From contig JAHRHZ010000082.1 in NCBI GenBank assembly GCA_024137785.1, positions 4,248,951 through 4,312,950 of the forward strand: DNA of 64,000 nt, written 5' to 3'. The translations under genes were made by a program, and so were the position numbers. The DNA is from Ginglymostoma cirratum (taxonomy: Eukaryota). Each line of letters opens with the position of its first letter. Position 1 is the stretch's first letter. The notes under the pieces were generated by a model. The model saw nothing but the letters and a program-made list of their open reading frames with translations, was not told the origin of the DNA and made no database searches. This document shows, piece after piece, positions 38,626-52,519 of this stretch.

Positions 38626-41600
38626 AAATTGCAAAGTCCTAGCCACAGCCTGTACGTCTTCCGATTGATAAGCTCTGAAACCGAAAGTAGTCTCTCGGAG
38701 GCAGCTCCGCGTCTGGCAGTTTCACATCGCCGTCGTCTTCTGCAGATTTACACCAAGCTGCCACCGAGATTCCGTGGGGAGGCTGGGCAGACTCGGAAAA
38801 TGAGCTGAAATTCCCATCCAGATATTTTACAATTTCCTGGGAAATTTCACTCTTCGAGCCGGGAGGGGTTACTTGGAGTAGGAGTTTGTAATTCAAAATC
38901 CACTGTAAATAGACCTTTGATGAAGATTTCAACAGCGTTAATTTTCACAATCCCTTACGGAATGGGGATCGAGTAACTGGGGCTCTTTATATTACAAATA
39001 CACGCACAGACACTCATGGTGACTTCCAACGAGCACGAGGCGCCCCTCAATCTTCTAGGGAAAGCGCAGACGAAGGGACCTTATCCCCAAGCAGACAGCT
39101 CGGGCTGCCGTTTGAACCGTTCTCCCAATCTTAGAAATCAAGCGTCCACCATTCCCTTCTCGAAACGCCCCAGCAGCCTCGGGCAGAAAGAGTCAAAGCG
39201 TGGACAACCCCACACAATATTAAAACAGCCCATCTGCATACAGTGTACAACATTTATTTACATCGGTAATTAAATTCATTACAATACATAAATTCATCAC
39301 AGATAGCGATTGCTAATAACCACCCTTACATCTTGAACATCGATTGTGTTTTCATCATGTTGCTGAATAGTAAATTGATAATTAACAGCTATGAGGAGGC
39401 ACAACATGCATGTAGCTGGAGCGCCAAGCTCTTGCACAAGTTGGAGTTATGAACACTCAACTTCACTTTCCCAGTTTTAAAAGTATCGATGTGACAGACT
39501 CACTCCGTTATGGAAAGCCGAAAGCAAAGAACGGGGCTTGTTTTAACATCCACTTCAACATCAAAAACTGACAGGCCGTCAGAAACAAAAAAATGCTCCT
39601 AAAATTGTTGCTCAGTTGTAAAACGATATTTGATTTGGATTCTTTAAGAAAAATAAACAGAGCGTGCATCTCTCACTAGATTTTATTTCTTCTATACATT
39701 GGTTAAGGGCGAATCTTCCTATACCTTGTCGAAGGATTTATCGAAAAAATGCCATATCAATTCAAAAAGAAAATTCGCAAAATATTCACAACACAAAAAA
39801 ATGATGGACATGCATTCGAATTTCCTGGGCCGCCCACTTCTCATTTAATGAAAGATGAGAATTTATAAATGAAGAGCTTGTTTTTTTTTAAAGTAACGTG
39901 TTTAAGTGATCAACAATTGTAAATGGGAATGTAGTGTAAACGCGTGACAAAAGCTGGTTGTTCGGAACTTAGCCATTTTTTGAGTTGCTTTACACTCCTG
40001 GTGTTAAAGCAGAGCTGATATTTTGTTTCGAAGGGTACGCTTTAATTGACTCACTGAAGGCAGCGCGATTTATCACAAAGCACACCCTATGCGCCCGGGA
40101 GTAAGCATTTTCAATAATGAAACTTGATGTTAAAGGTGTGAGTTCTGACTGTGAATATCAGATCTTTTTAATTTTCCATCGGATATTCCAAATGTGTGGC
40201 GAGGGAATCGGGATTCGAAACCAGATCTCTTTAAAAACCTTTTGCCCCATCAGCACAGACACTGAGCTGGATATTGTCACCCGAGCATCTTTTTATTTTG
40301 CAATACATAAATAAACCAGAACGCTGGGAAGGGTATCTACCCTTCTCCAGTTGATTTGAAAGCTTTCCACGTCGAGCTCGTCGTGAACTCTCTTAGTTCG
40401 TAGTGTTTGTGCTGCATTCGATAGAACAAAAAAAGTCAACCAGCAAAAATTCCCGTGCCAGGAGGAATACACTGGTAAAGGGATCACACAATGCTCAAGG
40501 TACTGGGAATTATACGTAAAATAATGCACACATCCACGTGCGCTGTTTTTCAATATGGAAACTTGTTTTCTGGTGAAAGCTGGGCAGAAAATGAAGAGAT
40601 TGCAACAGAAAGGTTAACTGGACACAAATCAGAGTTCAAGTGGAATTTATTTAGTATGGTATACTGTGGTCACACTGGTTCCCTAGCTCCTCGTAGCAAT
40701 CTGTTTTTAAAGAAACGATGAGAATTTAGCTGGTCAGATGTTCGGTGATAAAAGGCCCTCGGTTTTAGTAAATTGTGGCGTGCTTACAGATTCATTTATA
40801 AAATAAATAAAAGGAAAGGTTTAGCACAAATTTGCTTCACAGACGCCACAAAAAAGGCTTCACAGCCGTGAAAGGAGATTTGCTATCTTTATTTTCAATC
40901 ATTTTGGCAAGTTTCCTTCATGCGATTATATGTGAGTAACTTTATGATACCGTTTGAGAGCGCCGTCGCACAATAAAGGGCCCATTATACAAAATGTATT
41001 TTTTTTTAACTGTTGATAAAAGCTTTTCGAGCCTAAAGAAGGAAATGTCTGGCCTTATGAGGTATTTCGGTTTTTATATGTTTCTTTGATTTGCCGTTAT
41101 AGTCACTTAGAATGTCCATACTAAGGACGAGCAGCATCTGGAACACTTTCACCTAACTGATGTTTAAAATTAGCCGTTACGGCTATCGGTAGGTTCCAAC
41201 TTATTAAAGCTAAAAGCAGATTTCTCTTCCTCACTCCGCTTCACCCCCACCCCGGCAACAAAAATGCCGCATTTTCGAAGCGTGATCTGTCCAGATCTCG
41301 GCAAATTCCTCTAAAACGCAAAAAAATTATACGGACTGAAACATTCGCGGATTGCTACTGTTTTTCGGTCTTTTCGAGCCCCGTTTACTTTTACGTTTTT
41401 CTTCAATAAAATGCATCGTAATGAAGCAGCCGTGCCAATAGCTTCTTGCATTTACGAGGGTGACCTCAACAGCTTATAATGCAACACAGATGCAATGTCC
41501 TATTAGAGAGATTTCTCACATTTGCTCAAAGCTCGGTGGATTAAAGTAACAGTCTCTCTCTTTCCGAGACTCATTTACAACCTATCCCGAAATCACACAG

Positions 41601-41669
41601 CAAAGGAACAGACCGGTGCCTTGCTCATTTGAATTTCAGTCACTTCAGAAAAAAAGGGCGCTATTTCCT

Positions 41670-43248
41670 CTCTGAAACACATTGCCATTTTATTGCATGA
41701 AGCTGCTTTCTGACGGTCACGCTTCCGAATCAAGATCCAAAGCCCAAAGTCCACTGGTTGGTTGGTTCCGAATTTGTGAAGCCGGCCTAAAATTGACAAT
41801 TCATAGCAGGGGTGGGGGGAGCGGGACGTGATGCTGGACTGTAGGTGTTAACACGTTTAATGCCTATTTAGCTCTGTAGCTCAGACCCATGTTGTCAATC
41901 CGCATACAAGCTCACAAAACGACAGCCTACGCAAAACCATAATATTGGGAAACTTTAAACAGACACATTATATACAATATTGCACCAATCATTTCCATTC
42001 TCACATTTATCTGATTACTTTTTAAACACCTATCATTTCTTCCCGAGCTGCCTTTTTTTATATAATAGCATTTTTGTAAAAAGAAACGTCTTGTTTCTCT
42101 TTCTTCCCCTCTTTATCCTCCCAGCGTTTTGCCTTGCATTGCAAACATGCATGGAGTAGCCTCCGGCCTCTGGTGACAAATCCTCGTTCCGGTAGTTGGA
42201 TCTGGGTGTAAGATCGAAGGAAACTGTCAGTCAGTGATGCTTCATTGATCACGCACAATCCTCTTTGCAGGACTTGCCTTCCTCAACAGCCATCAGTCAT
42301 TTTGCATTAATTATCCTATCCAGTGGTCCTCCAGGCTTCAACAGGCCTCCTCTGTTGGTGTAAAACGAGAGAGACAGAGAGAGACAGAAGGCAAAAAGGA
42401 GAGAATTACAAGTTAGAGAAAAGGGGAGTAAGAAATCCAAAGATACACAGGTTTACACAAACGTGTATAAATATATAAGAGACTGGCCTAGTTTTGCAGC
42501 CATGGCGACACAGAATTGGAATTAGAAAAATTATTTTTTAAACCCACCTCCAATAGTATCCTTCCCTTTTCTTGAAACTGCTGCGTTGGAGAATGAAGTC
42601 TGCCCAGGCTGATGCGAGCATACACACACACACCATGTGTTTTCAGCAAAGCACATAGCTCTCCAAACTTCCTTTTCGCGCCTGGCATTGTATATTAAAT
42701 TTCTTCACCCCATAGCGCGTACAACTGCTTATTCTTCCAACTTATTCGGATCTCACATATTTCCCTTTCTTCTCGAAAGCTTTTTCTCAGTAAACCTTGA
42801 ATTCATAATCTCCCCCTTGGACACAGTTGTCCCTTTTTTATCTTACTGACACGCTTACACATGTTAAACGACTTTAAAGTTTTCTTCTATTCAATCGTTG
42901 CTGCTTTCCTTGGTTCTGTCGTTGTAATCTTTGCGGCTCCTTCCTGGTGTTGGAAAAGTCTGCTACTTCACTCTTCCTGTTTCCTTTCACAGCACTACTT
43001 TTTGTCTTGCAGTTGTTCTGTCCCAGTCTGTCCATCTCTTCCACGTTGCTTCTTCACTCTGGCTCTGTTCTGCAAATTCTGCTGCCTGACGTTTCCACTG
43101 TTTTCTCTCTCTTTCTCTGTGTTGCAACTGCTGTTCTCCCCTCATTCAGTATTTCTCTGTGAAGATCACCTTCCTCCTGCACCTACAACTTCCAATCTTT
43201 CACTCTTCCCCCTTTTCTGCTCCTAGGGCCATTTGGGTCTCTGTGGAG
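41670..43248 (-). ncRNA. Divergent spliced lncRNA from the BAHCC1 promoter (3' end uncertain)
   Basis: Minus-strand TATAAA 43278-43273. Purine-rich exon 1 to donors GTAAGC (42858) or GTAAGA (42846). Strong acceptor with CTAAC branch point, about 55-nt pyrimidine tract and CAG| before 42351. First downstream minus-strand AATAAA noticed at 41694-41689. Confidence 0.55.
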
Positions 43249-43255
43249 GCGGCCG

Positions 43256-43461
43256 CGAAACCGTCACTTCCCTTTATACCAGCTCTCCTTTAACTCGGCG
43301 CGAGGGGTGCCCCGAAACCGTCGCCGCGCCCTAATTGCTTTTCATGCAGCCGGGCGCGGGCTGGCCGCCAGCCAATCAGAGGCTTGTTTACACAGTTTGA
43401 TTGACAGGGATCTGGCGGGCCGCCAGCCAATGGGGGTCTTGTTTACACAGTTTGATTGACA
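43256..43461. promoter_or_regulatory. Bidirectional core promoter with tandemly duplicated CCAAT-FOX-PBX/TALE cassette
   Basis: GGCCGCCAGCCAAT-N6-CTTGTTTACACAGTTTGATTGACA occurs at 43363-43406 and 43418-43461. TATA and ETS (GGAAGT) motifs on minus. Highest local GC/CpG density. Confidence 0.8.
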
Positions 43462-43469
43462 AGAGCCCA

Positions 43470-43654
43470 GGATTGCTCGCTGTGCGTGCCTCATTGTACA
43501 GACAAGTTGTTGAAGCAAAGAAATCTTTTAGTGCTCGTGCTCAACTGCAACCTTTTCAGAAGTGTAGCATGTCACATAGCGTCCAGATAATTAAAAATTA
43601 GTCTTTCTTTTTTGCTTTTATTTCACAATAAGGCAGTGTATACTCGGAATTGCA
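43470..43654 (+). other. BAHCC1: Probable BAHCC1 non-coding exon 1 (5' UTR); TSS approximate
   Basis: Directly follows the promoter cassette and ends at donor GCA|GTAAGT (intron starts 43655). The matching acceptor is CTGAT...CTTTTTCCCATTCTTTCTAG| at 45450. Confidence 0.6.
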
Positions 43655-45457
43655 GTAAGTACACATTTTTGCTACATATATACAAGAAAAGTCAAAATAC
43701 AAACATGATAAAAATTAAAATATTTGTTATTTAAGTGTAACCTAATGTATTTCCGTCTTTGTTTGTTATTAAAGAAATGTAAGCAATAAACCGTTTTATT
43801 CCCCCCTCCCTCTTTTTGGCTGTAAAATACCAATCCGTCTGTGCGAAAATCCGCAGCTCTAGCTCCCAAGCGGGACGCTGTGTTAATGTGCCCGCTCTCT
43901 GTGTGCTCTCTCGCCCGGTTGGTTTCTTGAAGACAGTACGCTCTTGCAGATACCATTCATGTACTTTCACTCCATGCACCTTCTGAAATGTCTTCCTAAT
44001 TTACAAAATATCTATCTATCTATATATATATATTTATATAACAATGTGAAATATTTATAACGGCCGCTGTGCCATTTGCTTTTATCAAGTCGTCATTGAG
44101 AGGGAGCGGTCTTAGCTGCTTACTGCACTGTAATGAGGCGAAATGTCCCATTCATGTTCAGTATTTGGAAAGAGGATATCATCTTAGAAAACCTTAAACG
44201 TACAAAAGCCGTAAGGATGAGTAATAACTTTCACCGCTGTGTTGTCGGCGAGAAAATAAACACCTGGATTTTAATTTGAAAGCACAGCAGTGTTAGACAA
44301 TGAGACGGAGCACAGAAGGAAACAGTCGTCATATTGTGCTGTGAATTGATAGTTGGACTCCCCACATTAGAAAGACGGGCATTTTACTCCACCGGATTCC
44401 AGCTATTTCCAAAATGTAAAACGTAGCCTTGTCGATTAATTGCTACATCCTCGTGCACAATACTTTGTATTGCAATCTGGGTAAGAGCATGCGTTAGCTT
44501 CAACTGTAGGACGCATTATAGTCTACATCGTGTGGGTTTCTATATATTCGGCGGTTTTATAAATAAAGCTGACTTTTGCGATAAGGAAATTGATTGAGAA
44601 GTGGGGGTGTAGCAGGATGGGGGTGGGGTAGTGCCGTTATACTAGATTTCCTTCACATGAAGGTCTCTGTTTAGCATTTAAACTATTTCTCACAGCTCTC
44701 TATGTAAATACGAGTGTCTTGTGGCAGTGGTAATTTCATCCTAAAATTGATGTCAGATGGAAAAGGAAGAAGACAAGAGGGAAGGGAGGGAGGAATGCTG
44801 AGAAATAGGGGAGAGGGATGAAAGACCAACGACGGGCGAGTGAATGAACGATAACCTCCCGCAATAAATTGTTCGTGCACTCTGTGTGCGCGCTCGCCTC
44901 AAAGTGGGGGTGTCAATATATCCCGGACATCGAACTGGACAGAATGGTAAAGAAAGAGGGGCAAAAGCCGCACAAATTCTGTTGCACAAACCAACTCGTC
45001 TTAGAAACGGGGCCGTCTTTAATAAACATTTCATTGTTTAATCCCCTGAATGTCATGAGTAATTTATGTCCCCGGGTGCCGTGCGCTAAATGCAGCCTCT
45101 GTAAGTGCAGATATTTGCTTTAATTTTCTCTCATTGTGGAAGCTACTCAGTGTTAAGGTAAATCGGTGTGATTTATAAGGGAGAGTGCTTTTTTTAGGTA
45201 TATCTATTATTAAAATAGTCTCGGGCGTTGGTTCTTCTGGTCCGTGGCTTTGAGTTTATGTTGAATCCCCTGTTCCCTGTCATTAGCTGGAAATAGAGGG
45301 GGGTTTGAATGAGCAAGATTGCTCGGAGTTTTCCGCTAGTGTTATTGTACTGTTTGCTGCAGTATGGCGGATGTTAGCTTCAAAGTTTCTCTGCCCCGGG
45401 TCTGAAATAAGACGTGCGACTGATCAAGTGCTTTTTCCCATTCTTTCTAGTTAGAGG

Positions 45458-45514
45458 ATGGCAAGCTTGGCTAGCTTTGCAAGCGGACACTCTGATGAGC
45501 TCGGATCAGCCTGA
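45458..45514 (+). other. Upstream ORF (18 aa, MASLASFASGHSDELGSA) in BAHCC1 5' UTR
   Basis: AGGATGG strong Kozak context; TGA at 45512-45514; same frame as the main ATG. Confidence 0.55.
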
Positions 45515-45781
<267 letters not shown>

Positions 45782-48700
45782 TGAATCTTTACACAAGCTG
45801 CGTGTGTGGATGGAAATGTAAGCTGCTTAATCTCAATGAACAAAATTGAAAATACCCTTGAAAATGTACGCCAAGCACAGTCTTGTACAATCTTTTGTTA
45901 ATATGCATTACTGTCGCAGGAAATAGCACAGTTAGAAGGGGAATCGAGGTTTTTTACAACATAAAAAATCTCAAATGGACGTGGCATAATGCTTAGTTTG
46001 AATAGTACTGCTTTATATCGCTAAATGTGCTGATGAACACCTTACATGCTTTCGAGGAGTAGAGAGCACATCTTAGACTCCAATGCTGCTCTGCAGTACA
46101 GAGAGACACGTTGAATGCTGGGGTGTATTTTGATAGTGTGCGGCAATGGGAAAATTCTGACCGTTACGTTTCTGCACATTCTGCAGAAGTATTAATCGTG
46201 CAAAGCGAAATTGAGTGGAGCCATTCAAAATGAAAGCCAGGGAGTTCGCCTATCACGTTTAGTGTGAAGCCGAGTGGTAGTGTGTCTGTCTGCGGGCTGT
46301 GTAATGGTCGAAATTCCGCCTTCTCAAATGGTTTGCGAAGTGTGATGGTGAAAATGGTTTCACTCGACATTCAGAGGCTTGGTCAAGTGTTTCTGGTATT
46401 CTGTTAAACAAATAGTGCACAGGCGTTAGAGCGAAAGCAAAGTATTCTGCCGCCTGGTTTAGAAAGGAGGCCGAATGTTCAGTTTGGTTTGGTGTACAAA
46501 CGCAGTGTTTCTGGAATAGACCTCATTATGAGTATTTGGTTTAATATACACGGTCTCAGATTTGCCACATTACTGTGGAAGGCACAGGGTCCCCTGCAGT
46601 CTCCAAACTCCTTTCTCTAAACTTTACATTCAGATTCAAGCCTCACCGTCCTTCACAAATGTTGCTTCTCAACAGTCCCCTGTAGTAACAGCAATAACAA
46701 CAATATCGAGCTTGTCAATTCTTGGGTTTTTTTGTCAGAACAGACGTTTTGAATGTCGGTGTTTCTGATTTTTTTTCAGCGATGGTTTCTAAGTCTATAG
46801 TTTAGATCAAATTTCACCTTAAAACGAGAGAAGCGCGCACACACACATTTATACACACACACAGACACAGACGCGTTCCTCGGGGTGCATAGCCGGAGCC
46901 GGCCGATATTTCGGTGGGGGTATTGAAAACATCCAACATCACTTCGGTCGAGAATAGTCAGTGAACTCCTGCCCCAACACACACACACACCTCTCTCTCC
47001 AGCACCCCCCAACTCACTTCAGAACTGCACGCCTCTGCGTGCATTGACAAGTTTGGCAGATAAATAACACGTTTGGTGGGTTTTCGAAGTGCAAAATACG
47101 GGGGCGCGATTCTTCACGTGTTACACGGGAAAATGCTTAAATTGCCATTCTTGAGGTACTGTCGAAAACCCCGGTCACCGTCTGCACTGCGAGGCACTCA
47201 ACCAAATGAGGATTTTCTGTAACCCGCATGGGTTAAAAAAATACATTTCAACACGTTATGTATTAAACCAAATAATTCTGGATCCCATGCTAGTTTTGCT
47301 TGGAGGCAAATGGTGAGCAGGTATTGCATTAGTCAAATGAAAAAGGTTAGTACTTATCAATGTTTGGATTGATACGTCAGTATTAAACAATATTTAATAC
47401 CGTATGGGTGAATGCAAGTTATAGCTAATGCGGCGACAGATTTGTCAACGGAAATGATCAAATCTGTGAATTAAAATCCTAATTGCGGATAAACAACTTA
47501 CATCAGGGTATTTGACCAGCAAGATGACAAGTTTGTGAGGACCGTGTTTGAGAATGCTGACACGCATTCTGAATAGACATAGTCCTGTAATGTGTTTTTT
47601 TTAACGTTTCGCTTCATGCACTTGGCACCGAGTCAAGACGTTTTATTAATCTGACTACAATATAAACCAATCGAAGCAGGCAGCCTTTACATTTTTGCTG
47701 AAGTGACCCAGCGCTCGCCATTGATTAAAGTCAAACAGCTTTGTCCTTTTTGGCCAATGTACGAGAAGCGAGTGGTACACGAAAAATGTTAAGAGTTATG
47801 AATCTGTAGACATCCCTTTGTTCAGGCTTTTAACTAGTAATTGACCTTTGTATTGATAAACAATAATCACATTACAGCAAATAAAGCGTTTACAGTAAAT
47901 ACATTCTTCCGTTTTAACAAAGCGTAATTGTATAAAAATTAGGCAAATTCATTTGAGTTATATGTAAAAATCCTTCGTTTCATATTACCTCAAAATAGTT
48001 TACAATGTATATGTGCAAACGTGACTTAATACGAATGAACGTAATGTCTTCACAGCTTGAAAACTTCAGGCAGTTAAAGTATGACAGTGAACACTGTCTT
48101 GAGAAAACGATATTCCTATAGTCCAAATACTCAGGGAGCTTAATTTGATTAATGTTGATGGTAGTTTCCCCATTTAAATGCTTCACTAAAGGTTATTAAA
48201 TACAATACCACGGACCCAGAATGTCCAAGAATTTGATCCTGGCTTGCAGCCCACAGGCTCATGCAGCCGATAAAGTGTAAATCGGTGAAACGGAAGAAAA
48301 AGTTATGTCACGGATTATGTTATTTAATTCGAAGTTGTTTCCATAGTTTGCATCTAGCTACCTGCTCAGGAGTCAGTTCGGTCTCTGCATACACCCCAGA
48401 AACCCAAATCCGTGTATCTGACAGATTTCCAGAGTCTAGAAAATGATCTCGTTGTGTTTGCCATTTCAGTATTTGTTACAACAATAGTAATGCTGGGTTC
48501 AGAGGCTGCCTTTGTGTGAAGGTACTGATAGAGTTTCACATACAGCTCCTTCCAAAATGGAAACAGTGGGACCGTCTGCTGGTTAGATGGCGGGCCGACG
48601 TTCATGGCAGTTTCTATAATTTATTTTTTACTGTTAGACAAGGACCACCGGATGAAGCTGGAAATGTATATTTTTCCTATCACTGGTTCAATTTAAAGAT

Positions 48701-51700
48701 CACAAGTGAAAATGCCTAAGTGTGAAACTAAACGTTCCAATGCCCCATTTATGAATTTCGTGCCAAAGGGACTGGCGGTTAGAAACGGCGATCGCCCTGT
48801 TTCAGTGACAAACAGATCACAGAAAGAACTTGTGTCGTGTTTGCTTCATCTCAGTACAATTTCATTATTTGCCCCTTTCTGTCTTCGACGATTTCTGTCC
48901 TTTTATTTTGTTAATGTCCCCGCCAGTCGATACAAAGAATCTCATTTTTCACCACTCTCCTGCGTTTTGCATTTCCAGTCAGCCTCAGCCAGTTATCCTG
49001 CTGGGTTTTTTTTTCCACCTCTGTTGTCACTCTCGCTCTCTGTGTTCCTCAATGGTCCACAACACATTGCCCACTCGCACCGGTTTCTTATTTTATTTGT
49101 GAAATTGTCTGTCAATAGAAAAGTAGATCAATATTTAGATAGTTTTATTAGTCAAATAGATTTATTGGACAGACAAGTCGATAGACGAGTTGATTTATTA
49201 CTTTTATCAGATGAAACAGATAACGGCGAGATGCAGCTAGATCTGTGCTTTGCACTTAGCAGGCAGGTATGTACATAGCACTAACGTTTCATTTTTAGGT
49301 ACTGCAGAAACGGTAATGAGTACAGGTATGTACACAAGCGGGCAAATGTCTATTTAATATCCCACAAGGAGAAGTCGTAGCTGTGCATTATGTTTGCTTA
49401 GAAACAATATATGGTATTTAATAATAATGATACCGTACTTTAAAGTCCTGGTTATTCATTAGATAAAGCCTGGTTTATACTTAATATGAAAAAAGTCGTG
49501 ATAGTATCAGTTTGGGAGGACTGTATTGTGTATTAACTGCAGTCGACTGAATTAACAAAAATTACAGGGAATACAATTGCTCTGGGAGCACAGACTGTCT
49601 TTCTCTTGTTTTCCCTCACGCAGCAGTTGTTTTTCTGTCACTTCAGACGATTAGACACAAACTCTTCTACCACGAGTTAAGAAATGTCCCGTCGCACTAT
49701 TTTCCTTTGGCGTTGTTACCGATTCATCGAGGGTTTCCTTTTACTTATTTCCCCCTCCGATTTTGGGTTGTTGGATATTTTGGTCCCCAGGAAAGAAGCT
49801 GTAAAATAAGAGCGAACTAAACTAGGCTGAGAGATCCAATTCTGGCCAAGTCTACCCGGGAGCCCACGATAACTGCGAGTGTGAAATCGCACTGTTTGGT
49901 AAAGGGGGACGTTAACAGGGCGCAATAAAAGGTTAATGCTTCGTGTGGAAAACGAACTGAGCTCAGACACGAGTAAACCTCTAATATTGGGAGAAACAAA
50001 AAGTAAAGGAAGCATTAAATAATTAAGTCACATCTTTGAAATGTTAAATCGGAATGAATACGGTCACGCCAGTGGAATATGAATTCAAATACTCCATCAC
50101 TGTTTCGTGCTAATTGCTGGAATGGACAGTTCGGCATTCCCTCAAGTAGTTTTCATTTTGCCTAAAAAATGTGTTCAAACAGCCACAACTCAGACCCATT
50201 GATGCAATAGCACGTGGAAAATCCAATAAAAAAATTCCGAAATGTCACCGTCTATAATAGCTATTTGAATATATATCCATATAACCCGTTGCCCTGCATC
50301 TAAAAACACCAAGAGCAGACAATGCCTTCCCGCAAGAGACCCATTCGGCCTCATTTCCAAAACCGATCTGAAAGCGCCTCGCCCCTTCACAGGACACTCA
50401 GCAGAAAGGCGATGTCTATCTGCCGGATTGCGGCCTCATCACACCGCACACAGCCAGAAACACTGATGTAAAGTTTTATTTTCCCCCTTAAATGACGCTA
50501 GTTCACCGTGTTTATGCGAACAAAGCAACTTCCATTTTAGGGGAAAAAAGGTTCGAAATGATACGAGGATTCTGTACTTTCCTGGGTTCTTGATGAGATA
50601 AGAGAGTCCCCAAGCTGTATTCCAACTGGGCTAACTCCCCACCCTACACCAACAGACGAGACGTTCAACATTTATCCCTTAATTATTCTTTTCATTCGCA
50701 ATTACAGTACTTCCTTTTAAAAATAACTTGCAAATTCCTCGACTTATCGATTCGTTTTTACAGATTTTTAGCGTCCCCTGAACCCAAGGGAGTGAAATAT
50801 ATGATGAAGTGTGGCATAAAGCAGAAACCAGTTCTAAATGAAAAGCACGCACTGAAAATTAAAGAGCAGAGACCGCGCCGGGCTCTGGGAAGGTTGTATT
50901 GCTCTCTGTTCAGTTGACGAGCGGTTCCGTCCACGAGAGTGTGGGCAGATGATCCTGTGTTGCTCGCTCGGATTATCAAGTCAAACAGCAGCGGTATTAA
51001 CCTCGAAGTGTTAAATAATCGAGCGTTGCGTCAACCAAGTCGGAAACACCCCCCTTCAACATCCCAACTTCTCCGGTAAACCCCTTTCTAAAGAAGTAAA
51101 ACCCTGAAATAAAACCATCCTTAAAATGATTCTCGTCCCAGTTTTTAGCTCGGAGCCCAGCGAGCTAACGCTGTTACACGCCTTTTATTTTACTCTATCC
51201 GAGACATAGAACAGCTTATTTGAATTTTCTTTGCAAAAATCTTTTTTTTAAATTGAGGGAGGACTCGGCGGCAGCTAAAGCTTCCGAACTGCTGTATTGT
51301 GCAGAGTTTGAATTGAGTTCCCCGCCCTCTCTAATCTTACTATTTATTTACTCTCTAGCTCCCGCTGATCTTATTCACTCAGTCTGTTTAAAAAAGCATC
51401 GGCTGTTTTATTTTTCTCCCTCATTTACAACAGCCTCTCCCCCCACCTCTCCATTATATATTTCATCTAAAGGAGCTTTAATGAGAACATTCTTAAACTG
51501 GTTTCTTCTGACGAAATTTAATGGGCGCTATTTTATATTTTTAAAAATGCATTTTCTCTTCGTAACTTAAAATTGTCCACACCGAGGGAGAATGCTCGAG
51601 TGAATTTCAGTCGTCATTTCAAATTGCCCTCATTCCAATCGCAATCGTATTCACACGTCAGACGAGCGTTCCTTAAATGCCATGTTTAAAACAATTTGCC

Positions 51701-52519
51701 AACTTAAAAAAAGTCACAAAACGCTCAAACTTTCCCCGTAACAACTTACGTATATAAGGAGGAAAAAAAAACCCCGGCCAAACCGTATAATGGATTGCAG
51801 ATTTAGCTGTTTAAATGTTCAGTCGTGTACTCGACAAGGGGCTGTACGCTTCAATCACGGTAATCCAATCTATCCACTTATGCGTATTAGTAAATTAATA
51901 GTAAATTGTTTTATAACATAAGCACGCTTACGCTTGGAGGGAAAAAAAATTTTTTTAACATATGCGATTAACATTCTGAGATTTTTGGTAGTCCTTGAAG
52001 TTTTGCAGTCTTTAAACTCAGTGTGTCGGTAACAGTTCTCCAAGCAAATAGCAGCAGTTGAAGACAACAGCCTTTTTTTGAGAAGGATCAATGTTGATCA
52101 TGATGCGGAGTAGATTGGAAAAAAGTGGCCCCAAATTTTTTTTCAAACAATGGCCTATTCTTAACTGTAAGCTGAGTTTTAGATTCCTGGTTGAAATTTG
52201 TAAACGATAACAAAGTGGGTTTACCTGGCTTTGAAATCTGTGATATGTTTTATACATAATAAAGTTCACTTCTGTTTTGCTAGAATAGCAAATGGTACTG
52301 TTTGAATCTCAGTCTTTATTTTTATAACTGTGGCGTGGGTATTTCTTCAAAGTCTTCATACTTACTACCTGCTGAGCTGAAGTGGCCGTCTTAATTTAAG
52401 ACTTCAGAATCTTCTGTTGTCTTCAGCTTTTTTTCAAATATGATTTTGTAAAATTACTTCTCATTTTTAAAATCCTTTTCCTAGATTTTATTTTCGGCCA
52501 TTCATCGATTCATTTGGTA

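Noticed and set aside
38665-38688. Resemblance to miR-9-3p (ATAAGCTCTGAAACCGAAAGT)
   Set aside because: Several mismatches, and no miR-9-5p arm or hairpin. No conserved miRNA was recognised by eye in the window.
42861-43226. Hydrophobic 121-aa + strand ORF resembling a membrane protein
   Set aside because: By-product of the pyrimidine-rich complement of the purine-rich divergent exon.
48200-48220. REST/RE1-like ACCACGGAC
   Set aside because: Only the central bases match; both flanks of the 21-bp RE1 consensus are absent.
48706-49278. Longest ORF in the track (190 aa)
   Set aside because: Non-ATG start, low-complexity F/L/S-rich composition, runs through a decayed microsatellite, and resembles no known protein.
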